64,000 nt of DNA, from contig JBBTQO010000009.1 in the NCBI GenBank assembly GCA_038065655.1, positions 218 through 64,217 of the forward strand, written 5' to 3'. The position numbers and the translations under genes were made by a program. How positions within the stretch are numbered: the stretch's first letter is position 1; each line of letters starts with the position of its first letter. Source of the DNA: Patescibacteria group bacterium (GTDB lineage Bacteria; Patescibacteriota; Minisyncoccia; Phycocordibacterales; WO2-35-19). The notes under the pieces were generated by a model. That model was not told the origin of the DNA. It saw nothing but the letters and a program-made list of their open reading frames with translations, and searched no databases. Shown here piece after piece: positions 47,364 through 57,021 of this stretch.

Positions 47364-49268
47364 ATGGCAAAACAAAAACTAAACAAAAAAAATATTGAAA
47401 AAAAGCCGGAGGGAGGAATTAAAAACTCGTTTTTTAGTAATTTTCTGATAAGCGTTCTCATTTTGTTTTTTGTAGTTTCTATATATTCTTTGATTTCTAA
47501 TAACAAAAGCAAACCCGAAATTAGTATTTCCGAACTGGCCAAAGCGGTGCAAGTCGGTGATGTTAAAGAAATTTCAGTCAAAAGTGATTCTATAGATGCC
47601 ACATTTAAAGATGGGGTTATTAAAACTTCCAAAAAAGAAGACACTGCTGGTCTTACTGAAACTCTTTCTGCCTACGGAGTGACCACCGAAGAACTTGGCA
47701 AAATAAAAGTAAGCGTTGACCAGGGTGGCGGCTTTTTCTATTGGTTCTTAAATCTTTCACCTATATTATTCCCCATACTTTTTATTGCGGTTTTCATTTG
47801 GATGATGACCCGCCAGATAAAGGGAGCTGGTATGCAAGCCTTTTCTTTTGGTCAATCAAGGGCCAGGCTGACGGCGCCGGATGACCAGAAACAAAGAGTA
47901 ACTTTTAAAGATGTGGCTGGTTGTAAAGAAGCCAAAGAAGAACTTTCCGAAATTGTAGATTTTCTTAAAAATCCTAAAAAGTTTCTAGAAATTGGCGCCA
48001 GAATTCCCAAGGGTATTCTATTGATGGGCGCTCCAGGAACAGGCAAAACTCTTTTAGCTAGAGCAGTTGCTGGCGAAGCGGGAGTGGCTTTCTTTTCAAT
48101 CTCTGGTTCTGAATTCGTAGAAATGTTTGTCGGGGTAGGTGCTTCTCGAGTGCGCGACCTTTTCCAAATAGCCAAAAAAGCGGCACCAGCCATTATATTT
48201 ATGGATGAGATTGATGCAGTTGGTAGAGTGAGAGGTGGAGGCTTGGGTGGTGGCAATGATGAGAGGGAGCAAACTCTAAACCAAATTTTAGTTGAGATGG
48301 ATGGTTTTGAACCTGCTGAGAAGGTAGTAGTGATGGCGGCCACCAACAGGCCTGATGTATTAGACCCAGCCTTATTGCGCCCAGGCAGATTTGACCGCCG
48401 AGTGACTATTGATTTACCTGACCGAGCTGATAGAGAAGAAATTTTAAAAATACATTCCAAAGAAAAACCTTTTGCTGAAGATGTAAATTTGATGGTTATC
48501 GCCGAACGAACTCCCGGTTTTTCTGGCGCCGATTTATATTCTCTTATGAATGAAGGAGCTATTTTGGCAGCTAGGGAAAACAGGACCAAAGTTTCTCAAT
48601 TTGATTTGGTGCGTTCTATTGAAAAGGTAATGCTCGGCCCAGAAAGACGCAGTCATATTTTATCCAAAAAAGAAAAAGAAATTACCGCATATCACGAAGC
48701 TGGTCACGCCCTAGTCGCTAGCATTTTACCTTACGCTGATCCGGTTCATAAAATTTCAATTATTTCTCGTGGTCGAGCGGCCGGTTATACTCTCAAATTA
48801 CCCATTGAAGACAGAAGACTTCAATCTAAAAAAGAATTTCTAGATGATATTGCTATGTCTCTGGGTGGTTATGTCACGGAGAAAATGGTTTTTGGTGATT
48901 TGACCACTGGACCATCAAACGATTTACAGGTTTCCACCGCTTTGGCTCGCGATATGGTCACTAAATATGGCATGTCAGAAAATATGGGACCGATTGCTCT
49001 TGAGGGGACAGAGGGCAAAGCTCTCTTTGGCCGAGGAGTGAATGAAAAAGAATATTCAGAAGAAGTGAGTGCTCTTATAGATAAAGAAGTTTCCAAAATA
49101 ATGAAAGATGCTCACGATAAAGCAGAGAAAATAATTACCGAGCATCGTCCCCTCCTTGATGTTATTGCTCGGCGGTTGATTGAAGTAGAAAACATTGAAC
49201 GTGAAGAATTTGAAAACATTCTTATTACAAACGGTGTTCAACCTAAAAGAAAAGAGGAATTGGTTTAA
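47364..49268 (+). CDS. ftsH: ATP-dependent zinc metalloprotease FtsH
   Basis: Two TMs, [26 protein letters not shown]. Confidence 0.98.
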   Translation: MAKQKLNKKNIEKKPEGGIKNSFFSNFLISVLILFFVVSIYSLISNNKSKPEISISELAKAVQVGDVKEISVKSDSIDATFKDGVIKTSKKEDTAGLTETLSAYGVTTEELGKIKVSVDQGGGFFYWFLNLSPILFPILFIAVFIWMMTRQIKGAGMQAFSFGQSRARLTAPDDQKQRVTFKDVAGCKEAKEELSEIVDFLKNPKKFLEIGARIPKGILLMGAPGTGKTLLARAVAGEAGVAFFSISGSEFVEMFVGVGASRVRDLFQIAKKAAPAIIFMDEIDAVGRVRGGGLGGGNDEREQTLNQILVEMDGFEPAEKVVVMAATNRPDVLDPALLRPGRFDRRVTIDLPDRADREEILKIHSKEKPFAEDVNLMVIAERTPGFSGADLYSLMNEGAILAARENRTKVSQFDLVRSIEKVMLGPERRSHILSKKEKEITAYHEAGHALVASILPYADPVHKISIISRGRAAGYTLKLPIEDRRLQSKKEFLDDIAMSLGGYVTEKMVFGDLTTGPSNDLQVSTALARDMVTKYGMSENMGPIALEGTEGKALFGRGVNEKEYSEEVSALIDKEVSKIMKDAHDKAEKIITEHRPLLDVIARRLIEVENIEREEFENILITNGVQPKRKEELV

Positions 49269-49377
49269 ATATTTTTTGTTACGTTTTGATTTCTCGCCAT
49301 TTTTCTGGTTATCCACCTTGTTGTTGGTATTAAACGAACCTTTGAATTATAATGTAAAAAACATAATTTAAAGGTTT

Positions 49378-50058
49378 ATGAAACGACTACAAAAGGAAAA
49401 AGAAGAAGCAATAAGAATGAGATTAGGGGGGATGAGTTATTCTCAAATAAAATCAAAAATTAAAGTAAGCAAGAGCTCTCTTAGTGCTTGGCTTGCTAAA
49501 TATCCGTTGTCTGATGAGAGAATTAGAGAATTAAGGGATGTTAATCCTAGAAGAATAGAAAATTACAGAAAAACCATGGCACTCAAATGGCAAGCCAAAC
49601 TAAATGTTGCTCTTGAGAAAGCCAAAAAAGACATTAAACATCTTTCAAAAAGAGAATTATTTATTTTAGGTTTTGCACTATATTGGGCAGAAGGTGGGAA
49701 GACTCGAAAGAGCACATTACATTTTGGAAACACTGACCCCGACATGTTGAAAGTTTTTGTTAAATGGCTTATATTATTGGGAGTTCCTAAGGAGAGACTA
49801 AGGGTCAAACTTCATATGTATAAAGATATGGACAAGGAGAAAACTATTTCTTTTTGGGAAAAAACACTTGGAATTAAATCCGATCAATTTGGAAAACCGT
49901 ATGTCAAAAATTCTTATCTGACGGGGTTGACTTACAAACATGGTTTTGGACACGGTACATGTAATATTGTTTATCATAATACTGAATTGGCAAGCTATGT
50001 TTTGATGGGAATAAGGCATATTATAAATGATTTGATTGATTCAAAAATGCGCGCTTAG
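49378..50058 (+). CDS. HTH plus LAGLIDADG-like CPR protein; stop codon lies inside tRNA-Ile
   Basis: GMSYSQI...VSKSSLSAWL HTH; LYWAEGGK..FGNTDP..FW..GHGTC. Confidence 0.8.
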   Translation: MKRLQKEKEEAIRMRLGGMSYSQIKSKIKVSKSSLSAWLAKYPLSDERIRELRDVNPRRIENYRKTMALKWQAKLNVALEKAKKDIKHLSKRELFILGFALYWAEGGKTRKSTLHFGNTDPDMLKVFVKWLILLGVPKERLRVKLHMYKDMDKEKTISFWEKTLGIKSDQFGKPYVKNSYLTGLTYKHGFGHGTCNIVYHNTELASYVLMGIRHIINDLIDSKMRA

Positions 50059-50121
50059 CTCAGTTGGTAGAGCATTCCGCTTATACCGGAACGGTCGGGG
50101 GTTCGAGACCCTCAGCGCGCA
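50049..50121 (+). tRNA. tRNA-Ile(TAT)
   Basis: GCGCGCT/AGCGCGC stem, TAGCTCAGTTGGTAGAGC D-arm, TTCCG-CTTATAC-CGGAA anticodon arm. Confidence 0.9.
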
Positions 50122-50131
50122 CAGCGTTAAG

Positions 50132-50158
50132 AAAAACCTGCACTGTTGCAGGTTTTTT
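50132..50158 (+). terminator. Intrinsic terminator after tRNA-Ile
   Basis: AAAAACCTGCA-CTGT-TGCAGGTTTTTT. Confidence 0.8.
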
Positions 50159-50275
50159 AGCTGTGCGAGCCGGAGCCATGTTTTGCTAGCAAGCAAAACA
50201 GGCGAGGCGGGGTCGCGGAAATTTCGTTTTGAAGAAAACGAAATTATCTGTGACCACAAAGTCGTATTTTTTTAT

Positions 50276-52471
50276 TCACTCCATATGCACTGTGGTTTTT
50301 TCTGCCAGGTGCTTCGCGAGGAGGGGGTAATTTTTTAATTCAAAATCTTTTTCAATTAAAGTATGAGCTTCCAAACGAGCAGCTTCAACCATTTTGATAT
50401 TGCGGAGCGCTTCCATGGCAAGGTCAGAGACACCCCACTGTTTGGCACCAGCCAAATCACCACTGCCTCTTTGTTGTAAGTCGGCTTCAGCTAACTCAAA
50501 ACCATTATGGGCGGTGGTAAAAGATTTTAGGCGAGAGATAGTTTTTTGGGATTTACTATCGGCGAAAACAAAACAATATGGTTTGTAGGAACTGCGAAGA
50601 ACTCTACCCCGAAGCTGATGCAGTTGAGCTAAGCCAAACCTCTCGGCGTTTTCTATTATGATAACCGTGGCATTGGGTATATTTACTCCCACCTCCACTA
50701 CAGAGGTGGCCACCAAAATATCAATTTTTTTATCCTTGAAATCTCTCATCACATTTTCTTTTTCCATCGGTTTTAATTTACCGGTGATAGCCCCCACTTT
50801 AAATTCAGGGAAAACCTTTTTTTGCAGTCTTTCAGTTTCAGATTTTACTGATTTGGCATTGATAGTGTTTTCTTTATCTGGATCCGGGTCATTTACTCGC
50901 GGGCAAACAACAAAAACTTGCCGACCTGTTTTTAATTCTTCCCTTACTCTTTCATAAATTTCTTCTCTTTGGTGAGGCAAAACAATTTTTGTTTCCGGAA
51001 TTTGTCTGCCAGCCGGTAATTCGTCTAGCAGAGATAAATCCAAATCGCCAAAAATTGTTAAGGCCAGTGTGCGGGGGATGGGGGTAGCGGTCATACTAAG
51101 TAAATGTGGAGCAATATCATGCTTACGACGTAGTTGCATTCTTTGTTTAACACCAAAACGGTGTTGCTCGTCTATGATTATTAGAGCTAAATTTTTAAAT
51201 TGGACGGTTTTTTGAATTAAGGCATGAGTGCCAATCAAAATAGGTATTTCACCATTAGCCACCCATTTTAGAAGTTGTGGTTTAGATATTTTGGTCCAAG
51301 CCAAGGTCGGACCTTTGGGACCGGAGCAGTTTAAGGTCCGACCTTGGCTTGTCTTGGAAGGAAATTTTTTTGCGCCACTGCCGGTAATGAGGCCGACCGA
51401 TAATTTATATTTGGCAAAATATTCTATAAAAGATTCAAAATGTTGCTCGGCCAAAATTTCGGTGGGTGCCATATAGGCAACTTGCAAATTGCCGTATTCT
51501 CTATTTAGAGGAGCGGTAGTTACAGTGGCGAAACTGGCAGTGGCGGCCACCGCTGTTTTACCAGAACCAACATCTCCTTCAAGCAGGCGTGACATTGGGT
51601 GGCCAGTTTTAAAATCGCTCAGTATTACTTCAATTGATTTATTTTGAGCGCTAGTTAAGGGGAAGGGGAATGTATCTATAAAATCTTTTATTTCTTTGTC
51701 TTTTTTTGAAATTAAAAAAGATTTTTCTTTTTGGGCGATATATTTTTCTTTCTGGCGGTCAAGCTGAATAAAAAATATTTCCTCAAAAGCAAATCTTTTT
51801 CTGGCTATTTCGGCGTCTTCTTTTTTGCGTGGAGCATGTATCCAAATGAGAGAGGTTTTGAGTGATGGTAAATTATATTTTTTTAAAATTTCTAGTGGAA
51901 TGGGGTCTATCAAATTGTCTAAAAACTCGGAAGAAAATATTTTTTGGATGGCATGATAAATCCAATTGGTAGAAATACTGCGGCTTTCCGAATAAACGGG
52001 GGAGAGGTTATGATTGTCTTCGCCGGTAAACAAAGAGCCGCTGGTTCCCTCGGGTATTTCTGACACTTTTTCTATTTTTGGATTAGAAAAATAGAGCTCT
52101 CCCTTTCTTTCTGAAATTTTTCCTTCAATCCTCACCAGTGATCCTTCAAAATACATTTTGGCTATGTAAGGCTGAGAAAACCAAATAATTTTAACTTTGC
52201 CAGTAGTGTCTTCTATCTCTGCCGTTGAAATGGCTACTCTGGATTTAAAAGTTTTGGCTGTTTTTAATTTAGAAATTCTACCAAAGACAACGGCATTTTC
52301 CCCGACGTTTAAAAATTCTATCGCTTTTACATCTCCCGCTTCTCCGTATCTGGTGGGGAAATGTCTCAATAAATCTTCGGTTGTTTTGAGACGCATTTTA
52401 GCCAACGCTTTTTTTTGAAAAGGAGAAAGTCTAAAAATTTGTTCAAGCGGAGTATCTGTTTGAATTTTCAT
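50276..52471 (-). CDS. recG: ATP-dependent DNA helicase RecG
   Basis: GDVGSGKT, DEQHRFG, MTATPIPRTL, AERFGLAQLHQLRGRV. Confidence 0.97.
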   Translation of the reverse strand: MKIQTDTPLEQIFRLSPFQKKALAKMRLKTTEDLLRHFPTRYGEAGDVKAIEFLNVGENAVVFGRISKLKTAKTFKSRVAISTAEIEDTTGKVKIIWFSQPYIAKMYFEGSLVRIEGKISERKGELYFSNPKIEKVSEIPEGTSGSLFTGEDNHNLSPVYSESRSISTNWIYHAIQKIFSSEFLDNLIDPIPLEILKKYNLPSLKTSLIWIHAPRKKEDAEIARKRFAFEEIFFIQLDRQKEKYIAQKEKSFLISKKDKEIKDFIDTFPFPLTSAQNKSIEVILSDFKTGHPMSRLLEGDVGSGKTAVAATASFATVTTAPLNREYGNLQVAYMAPTEILAEQHFESFIEYFAKYKLSVGLITGSGAKKFPSKTSQGRTLNCSGPKGPTLAWTKISKPQLLKWVANGEIPILIGTHALIQKTVQFKNLALIIIDEQHRFGVKQRMQLRRKHDIAPHLLSMTATPIPRTLALTIFGDLDLSLLDELPAGRQIPETKIVLPHQREEIYERVREELKTGRQVFVVCPRVNDPDPDKENTINAKSVKSETERLQKKVFPEFKVGAITGKLKPMEKENVMRDFKDKKIDILVATSVVEVGVNIPNATVIIIENAERFGLAQLHQLRGRVLRSSYKPYCFVFADSKSQKTISRLKSFTTAHNGFELAEADLQQRGSGDLAGAKQWGVSDLAMEALRNIKMVEAARLEAHTLIEKDFELKNYPLLAKHLAEKTTVHME

Positions 52472-52473
52472 TA

Positions 52474-52734
52474 CTATTGGGGCGCTATTTCATTTAGAGT
52501 GCCGTCTTCAAATATGGCATCTGGTGGAATGGGACAGTCCTCAAATTCACAATTTGGGCCAGTGCGACCGACATAACTGCCATCTGGACAAAGTTTGGCC
52601 TCCATTGTACAAGCTACCGATGGGGTATCATTGGGATTTTTGTATTCTATTGGATCTGGGTTATAAATATAAAGCAGGCCTCCGAGAATGAAGACGACGA
52701 TGATAAATATAAATACAAAAATTTTGTTGTTCAT
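52474..52734 (-). CDS. Small membrane-anchored Cys-motif protein
   Basis: TM then ACTMEAKLCPDGSYVGRTGPNCEFEDCP; true start is ATG 52734 (the ORF-track extension overlaps tRNA-Ser). Confidence 0.8.
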   Translation of the reverse strand: MNNKIFVFIFIIVVFILGGLLYIYNPDPIEYKNPNDTPSVACTMEAKLCPDGSYVGRTGPNCEFEDCPIPPDAIFEDGTLNEIAPQ

Positions 52735-52735
52735 C

Positions 52736-52827
52736 TGGCGGAGGGGGAGGGATTCGAACCCTCGGTGCCTTTTAAAGGGCACGCATCTTTAGCAAAGATG
52801 CACGATAGACCACTCTGACACCCCTCC
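52736..52827 (-). tRNA. tRNA-Ser(GCT) with encoded CCA
   Basis: Reverse complement GGAGGGG...CATCT-TTGCTAA-AGATG, long variable arm, ...CCCCTCCGCCA. Confidence 0.95.
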
Positions 52828-52915
52828 AACGAATTTAGATTAGCATATTTATTATGTTGACTCCAGAAGTTATATTTGTTAGTCTATATTGGCCCGAAAG
52901 GGCATTTTAATAGAT

Positions 52916-53101
52916 ATGGCAAAAACTTCAGTTATAGCAAGGTCTTTAAAGAAGCCGAAATTTAGCACTCGGATCGTTAGACGATGCTTCAAATGCGGCC
53001 GAGGCAGAGCATATATGGGAGATTTCGGTCTCTGCAGGATATGTTTTAGGGAACTAGCCAATGAAGGGAGAATTCCGGGAGTTAAGAAATCATCTTGGTA
53101 A
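52916..53101 (+). CDS. rpsN: 30S ribosomal protein S14 (zinc-binding type)
   Basis: RCFKCGR...[20 protein letters not shown]. Confidence 0.97.
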   Translation: MAKTSVIARSLKKPKFSTRIVRRCFKCGRGRAYMGDFGLCRICFRELANEGRIPGVKKSSW

Positions 53102-53164
53102 GTCCCTCGACTTCGCTCGGGATAAATCGAGTGGGGAATAAAAGAGATACTGCCTCGAAAAAAC

Positions 53165-53557
53165 ATGAACGATCCAATAGGAGATTTTATAATAAGAATT
53201 AAAAATGCTGGGAATGTAGGCAAAGAAAGTATTTCGCTGCCTTTTTCTAAAGTTAAATTAGCCATTGCTGAATTACTTTCGGCTAAGGGTTATATTGGCG
53301 CAGTCAGCCAAAAGAGCAAAGGCAATGCTAAATATTTAAATGTAGTTTTGCTTTATACCGAAAATAGAAGTCCAGTGATTTCAGGCGTCAAAAGAATATC
53401 AAAACCTTCCAGACGTTTATACGAAAAAGCCAAAAGTATAAAGAGATTTCGTCGAGGTTTTGGTTTATCAGTTTTCTCTACTCCCAAAGGCATTATGGCA
53501 GATGTGGATGCTAAGAAAGAAAATTTAGGAGGAGAATTTTTGTTTAATATATGGTAG
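53165..53557 (+). CDS. rpsH: 30S ribosomal protein S8
   Basis: DPIGDFIIRIKNA, RISKPSRRLY, STPKGIM, GGE. Confidence 0.97.
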   Translation: MNDPIGDFIIRIKNAGNVGKESISLPFSKVKLAIAELLSAKGYIGAVSQKSKGNAKYLNVVLLYTENRSPVISGVKRISKPSRRLYEKAKSIKRFRRGFGLSVFSTPKGIMADVDAKKENLGGEFLFNIW

Positions 53558-53586
53558 TTCGACTACGCTCACTATAAATAATCACA

Positions 53587-54120
53587 ATGAGTAGAATAGG
53601 TAAAAAAGGAATATTGGTACCAGAAAAAACAGAAACCACTTTTAATAATGGAGTTTTTTCAGTAAAAGGCCCAAAGGGTTCTTTGGAAAGAAGTTTCAAA
53701 TCAGACATTTCTATCAAAATTGATGGCAAAGATATTTCTCTTTCTTTAACTAAAGAAAATAAACAAACTAAAGCTTTGTGGGGAACCTATGCCTCACATA
53801 TTAAAAATATGGTTAAAGGTGTGAATGATGGTTTTGAGAAAAAACTTATTTTGGAAGGAGTGGGTTTCAAGTCTCAGGTGAGTGGCAATAAACTAGTTTT
53901 AGCTTTGGGTTTTTCTCATCCGGTAGAAGTTATTATCCCTGCAGGACTAGAAGTGAAGGCTGAAAAAAATCTTTTGACCATATCAGGTATTGATAAGGAA
54001 TTGGTTGGTAGTTTTACTGCTAAAATCAGATCTCTGAAAAAACCAGAACCATACAAAGGCAAAGGTTTCCGTTATCATGATGAAGTTATAAGGAGAAAAC
54101 AAGGGAAGAAATCAGTATAA
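53587..54120 (+). CDS. rplF: 50S ribosomal protein L6
   Basis: MSRIGKK, GFSHP, PEPYKGKG. Confidence 0.97.
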   Translation: MSRIGKKGILVPEKTETTFNNGVFSVKGPKGSLERSFKSDISIKIDGKDISLSLTKENKQTKALWGTYASHIKNMVKGVNDGFEKKLILEGVGFKSQVSGNKLVLALGFSHPVEVIIPAGLEVKAEKNLLTISGIDKELVGSFTAKIRSLKKPEPYKGKGFRYHDEVIRRKQGKKSV

Positions 54121-54125
54121 AGTTT

Positions 54126-54473
54126 ATGAATACAAAAACAAAAACAGAACAAAGAGACAGAAGAAGAAAGCGCATCAGAGCTAAGATTTTTGGTACTGGT
54201 GATAAACCAAGATTTTCAATTTTCAGGTCAAATAAATATATTTCTGCTCAGCTGATTGATGATTCAAATGGAATAACTTTGGCATCAGCTACAAGTAAAG
54301 ATATAAAGGGTAAGAACGTGGTCGAGAAAGCTAAAGCGGTAGGTGCTTCTATCGCCGAACAAGCTAAGACCCAAAAAATAAGCGTGGCGGTTTTTGATAG
54401 AGGAGGTTACCTTTATACTGGCTCGGTTTCTGCCATAGCCCAAGGAGCAAGAGAAGCTGGTCTTAAATTTTAA
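54126..54473 (+). CDS. rplR: 50S ribosomal protein L18
   Basis: PRFSIFRSN, VFDRGGYLY.G, AREAGLKF. Confidence 0.97.
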   Translation: MNTKTKTEQRDRRRKRIRAKIFGTGDKPRFSIFRSNKYISAQLIDDSNGITLASATSKDIKGKNVVEKAKAVGASIAEQAKTQKISVAVFDRGGYLYTGSVSAIAQGAREAGLKF

Positions 54474-54490
54474 TTTAAAAATATTTAATT

Positions 54491-55147
54491 ATGCCAAAAG
54501 AAGAAGAAAAAATAATAGAAGAAGAACTTGTCCCGCAAAGCGATAGCGAAGTGGGGGAGACAACTGAAGAGATAGCTATTCCTGTTGTGGCTGAAAAGGA
54601 GGTTTTACCTGCTGATAATTTTAATGCAAATAATAGAGACAACCGAGACAGAAGAAAAAATGAACGTCGACCATCTCGCAGACCAGAGAGAGTCAGACAA
54701 GAATTTGATAATAAAGTTATCAGTGTCAGAAGAGTGACTCGAGTGGTTTCCGGAGGACGCCGATTTAGTTTCAGTATTGCTATGGTGATTGGTGACAGAA
54801 AAGGGAGAGTCGGAGTTGGCATCGGCAAAGCCAGTGATACTCCAGTGGCTATAGACAAAGCAATGCGGGCGGCTAAGAAAAATATCGTCAAAATTTCTTT
54901 GACTAATAAAAATTCTATTGCTCACCCAGTAGAGGCAAAATATTCTAGCATCAGGATTTCTCTGATGCCGGCTCCGGGCAAAGGAGTGATCGCCGGAAGC
55001 GCAGTGAGAGTAGTCTTGGAGTTAGCTGGTATAACTGAAGTTTCTTCTAAAATTCTTTCCAGATCAAAAAATAAATTAAATATTGCCAGAGCGACCATCA
55101 AGGCATTGGGGCAATTAAAAGAAAAAAAGATTAAAATTAAGGAATAA
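54491..55147 (+). CDS. rpsE: 30S ribosomal protein S5 with acidic N-terminal extension
   Basis: RVTRVVSGGRRFSF, PAPGKGVIAG. Confidence 0.97.
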   Translation: MPKEEEKIIEEELVPQSDSEVGETTEEIAIPVVAEKEVLPADNFNANNRDNRDRRKNERRPSRRPERVRQEFDNKVISVRRVTRVVSGGRRFSFSIAMVIGDRKGRVGVGIGKASDTPVAIDKAMRAAKKNIVKISLTNKNSIAHPVEAKYSSIRISLMPAPGKGVIAGSAVRVVLELAGITEVSSKILSRSKNKLNIARATIKALGQLKEKKIKIKE

Positions 55148-55164
55148 ATTTTACCCCAATAATC

Positions 55165-55584
55165 ATGCAATTTCATAATTTAAAAAAGAATAAAACAAAC
55201 CGGAAGGCCAAACAAGTTGGTCGTGGCGGTACTCGTGGTAAGACTTCTGGTAGAGGCACTAAAGGTCAAAATGCTAGAGCTGGTAGAAAGAAAAGACCAG
55301 AAATGCGAGACATTATAAAAAGATTGCCCAAACTCAGAGGTAGAGGCAAAAATTCTCTCAAGACTAGATTTGAAGATATTTTTATCGTAAAGCTCTCCGT
55401 TTTGGAAGATAAATTTGGAACTGGGGAAAAAGTTAATCCTAAAGTTTTACTGGAAAAAGGTATTATAAAGACCAGAAATGGTAAAATCCCGGTAGTGAAG
55501 ATTTTGGCGGACAAGGAGATAAAGAAATCTTTTGTCTTTGAAAATGTTAAAATGTCAGAGAAGGTTAAGAAGTTGAACGGATAA
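55165..55584 (+). CDS. rplO: 50S ribosomal protein L15
   Basis: VGRGGTRGKTSGRGTKGQNAR, RLPKLRG. Confidence 0.96.
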   Translation: MQFHNLKKNKTNRKAKQVGRGGTRGKTSGRGTKGQNARAGRKKRPEMRDIIKRLPKLRGRGKNSLKTRFEDIFIVKLSVLEDKFGTGEKVNPKVLLEKGIIKTRNGKIPVVKILADKEIKKSFVFENVKMSEKVKKLNG

Positions 55585-55592
55585 AAGAATAA

Positions 55593-56864
55593 ATGAATAA
55601 TTTTATTCACAAATTCAAATTGGTATTAGGGGACAAGATATTGAGAGGTAGAATCTTGTTTACGCTTTTTATTTTGGTCTTATTTCGCTTGATGGCCACT
55701 ATTCCGATTCCGGGTATTGATACTTTAAGATTAGAGCAATTTATTTCTGGTAACGATTTCTTTGGTCTACTCAACATATTTTCTGGAGGTGGTCTTTCCA
55801 ACCTTTCAATTATTATGCTTGGGGTTTCTCCTTATATCACCGCTTCTATTATTATGCAGCTTATGACAGTGATGTTCCCAAAATTGAAAGCTATGTATCA
55901 AGAAGAGGGGGACGCCGGCAGAAAAAAGTTTTCTCAATATTCAAGATTACTGACAGTGCCGCTCGCTTTTATGCAGGGGTATGCTTTTATTATTTTACTT
56001 CAAAATCAAGGTATATTAGCAAAGTTAGCCACCTTTGATTTAGTAACCAATCTTATTGTGATTAGTGTCGGCTCTCTGTTGCTTATGTGGTTGGGTGAGC
56101 TTATAAGTGAATTTGGTATCGGCAACGGTGTTTCTCTTATAATCTTTGCCGGTATCGTTTCAGTTTTACCGGGGGCAATGGGCAAACTTTTGTTTGCTTT
56201 TGACCCATCTCAACTTCCTGCTTATGTTGGTTTTATCGCGGCAGCACTGGTGGTTATTTGGGGCGTGGTGGTTATTACTGAAGCCGAAAGACCAATCCCG
56301 GTAACTTATGCTAAACAAGTGAGAGGCAACAAAGTGTATGGGGGTGTTTCTACTTATTTACCGCTTAGAGTCAACCAGGCCGGAGTAATCCCAATTATCT
56401 TCGCCCTTTCTATATTACTTTTCCCTCAAATGATTGTTCGTTTCTTGGTTAATGTTAATAATGTGATTGTTCAGAAAATTTCAGCTTTCTTCCTTTCAAT
56501 CCTATCAAACCAGTTGTTTTACGGTATTGCTTATTTCTTACTAGTATTTATTTTTACTTACTTTTACACTGCTATTACTTTTGATCCAGATTCAATTTCA
56601 AAAAATTTGCAAAGAAGCGGGGCTTTCATTCCAGGAGTTCGTCCAGGCGTTTCCACATCTGCTTATATCGCCAAAACTCTTTTCCGTTTGACTATGGTTG
56701 GTGCGCTTTTCCTTGGTGTTATAGCTGTTTTGCCTCTAGTAGTAAAATATTTTACAGGTATTAGCGCGGTGGCTATCGGTGGCACCAGCCTTCTCATCGT
56801 AGTCTCGGTGGTCATTGACCTCATCAAAAAAGTGGACGCTCAAATTTCTGCGAGGGAATATTAA
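55593..56864 (+). CDS. secY: Preprotein translocase SecY
   Basis: LGVSPYITASII, GIGNGVSL, GVIPIIFA, IPGVRPG, GGTSLLIVV. Confidence 0.98.
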   Translation: MNNFIHKFKLVLGDKILRGRILFTLFILVLFRLMATIPIPGIDTLRLEQFISGNDFFGLLNIFSGGGLSNLSIIMLGVSPYITASIIMQLMTVMFPKLKAMYQEEGDAGRKKFSQYSRLLTVPLAFMQGYAFIILLQNQGILAKLATFDLVTNLIVISVGSLLLMWLGELISEFGIGNGVSLIIFAGIVSVLPGAMGKLLFAFDPSQLPAYVGFIAAALVVIWGVVVITEAERPIPVTYAKQVRGNKVYGGVSTYLPLRVNQAGVIPIIFALSILLFPQMIVRFLVNVNNVIVQKISAFFLSILSNQLFYGIAYFLLVFIFTYFYTAITFDPDSISKNLQRSGAFIPGVRPGVSTSAYIAKTLFRLTMVGALFLGVIAVLPLVVKYFTGISAVAIGGTSLLIVVSVVIDLIKKVDAQISAREY

Positions 56865-56876
56865 TCTCATTCTTCA

Positions 56877-56988
56877 TTTCCCAGAAGATGACCTTTGAAT
56901 ATCCTGCCCCAAAAGGTCATCTTCAAATTTTCCGACCCCACCCCATCCGACTTGCGCCGGATTGCCCCTCACCTTGCGAAGGTGAGGG
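56877..56988. repeat. Composite repeat (family A plus second hairpin)
   Basis: Inverted near-copy of 12484-12598. Confidence 0.85.
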
Positions 56989-57021
56989 AAGAAATAAAAA
57001 TATGTTGGAAAATAACCCTTT

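Noticed and set aside
47852-48589. 245-aa minus-strand ORF and similar antisense ORFs (2793..3194, 36581..37135, 38833..39309, 54475..54891)
   Set aside because: These are shadows of well-supported genes on the opposite strand.
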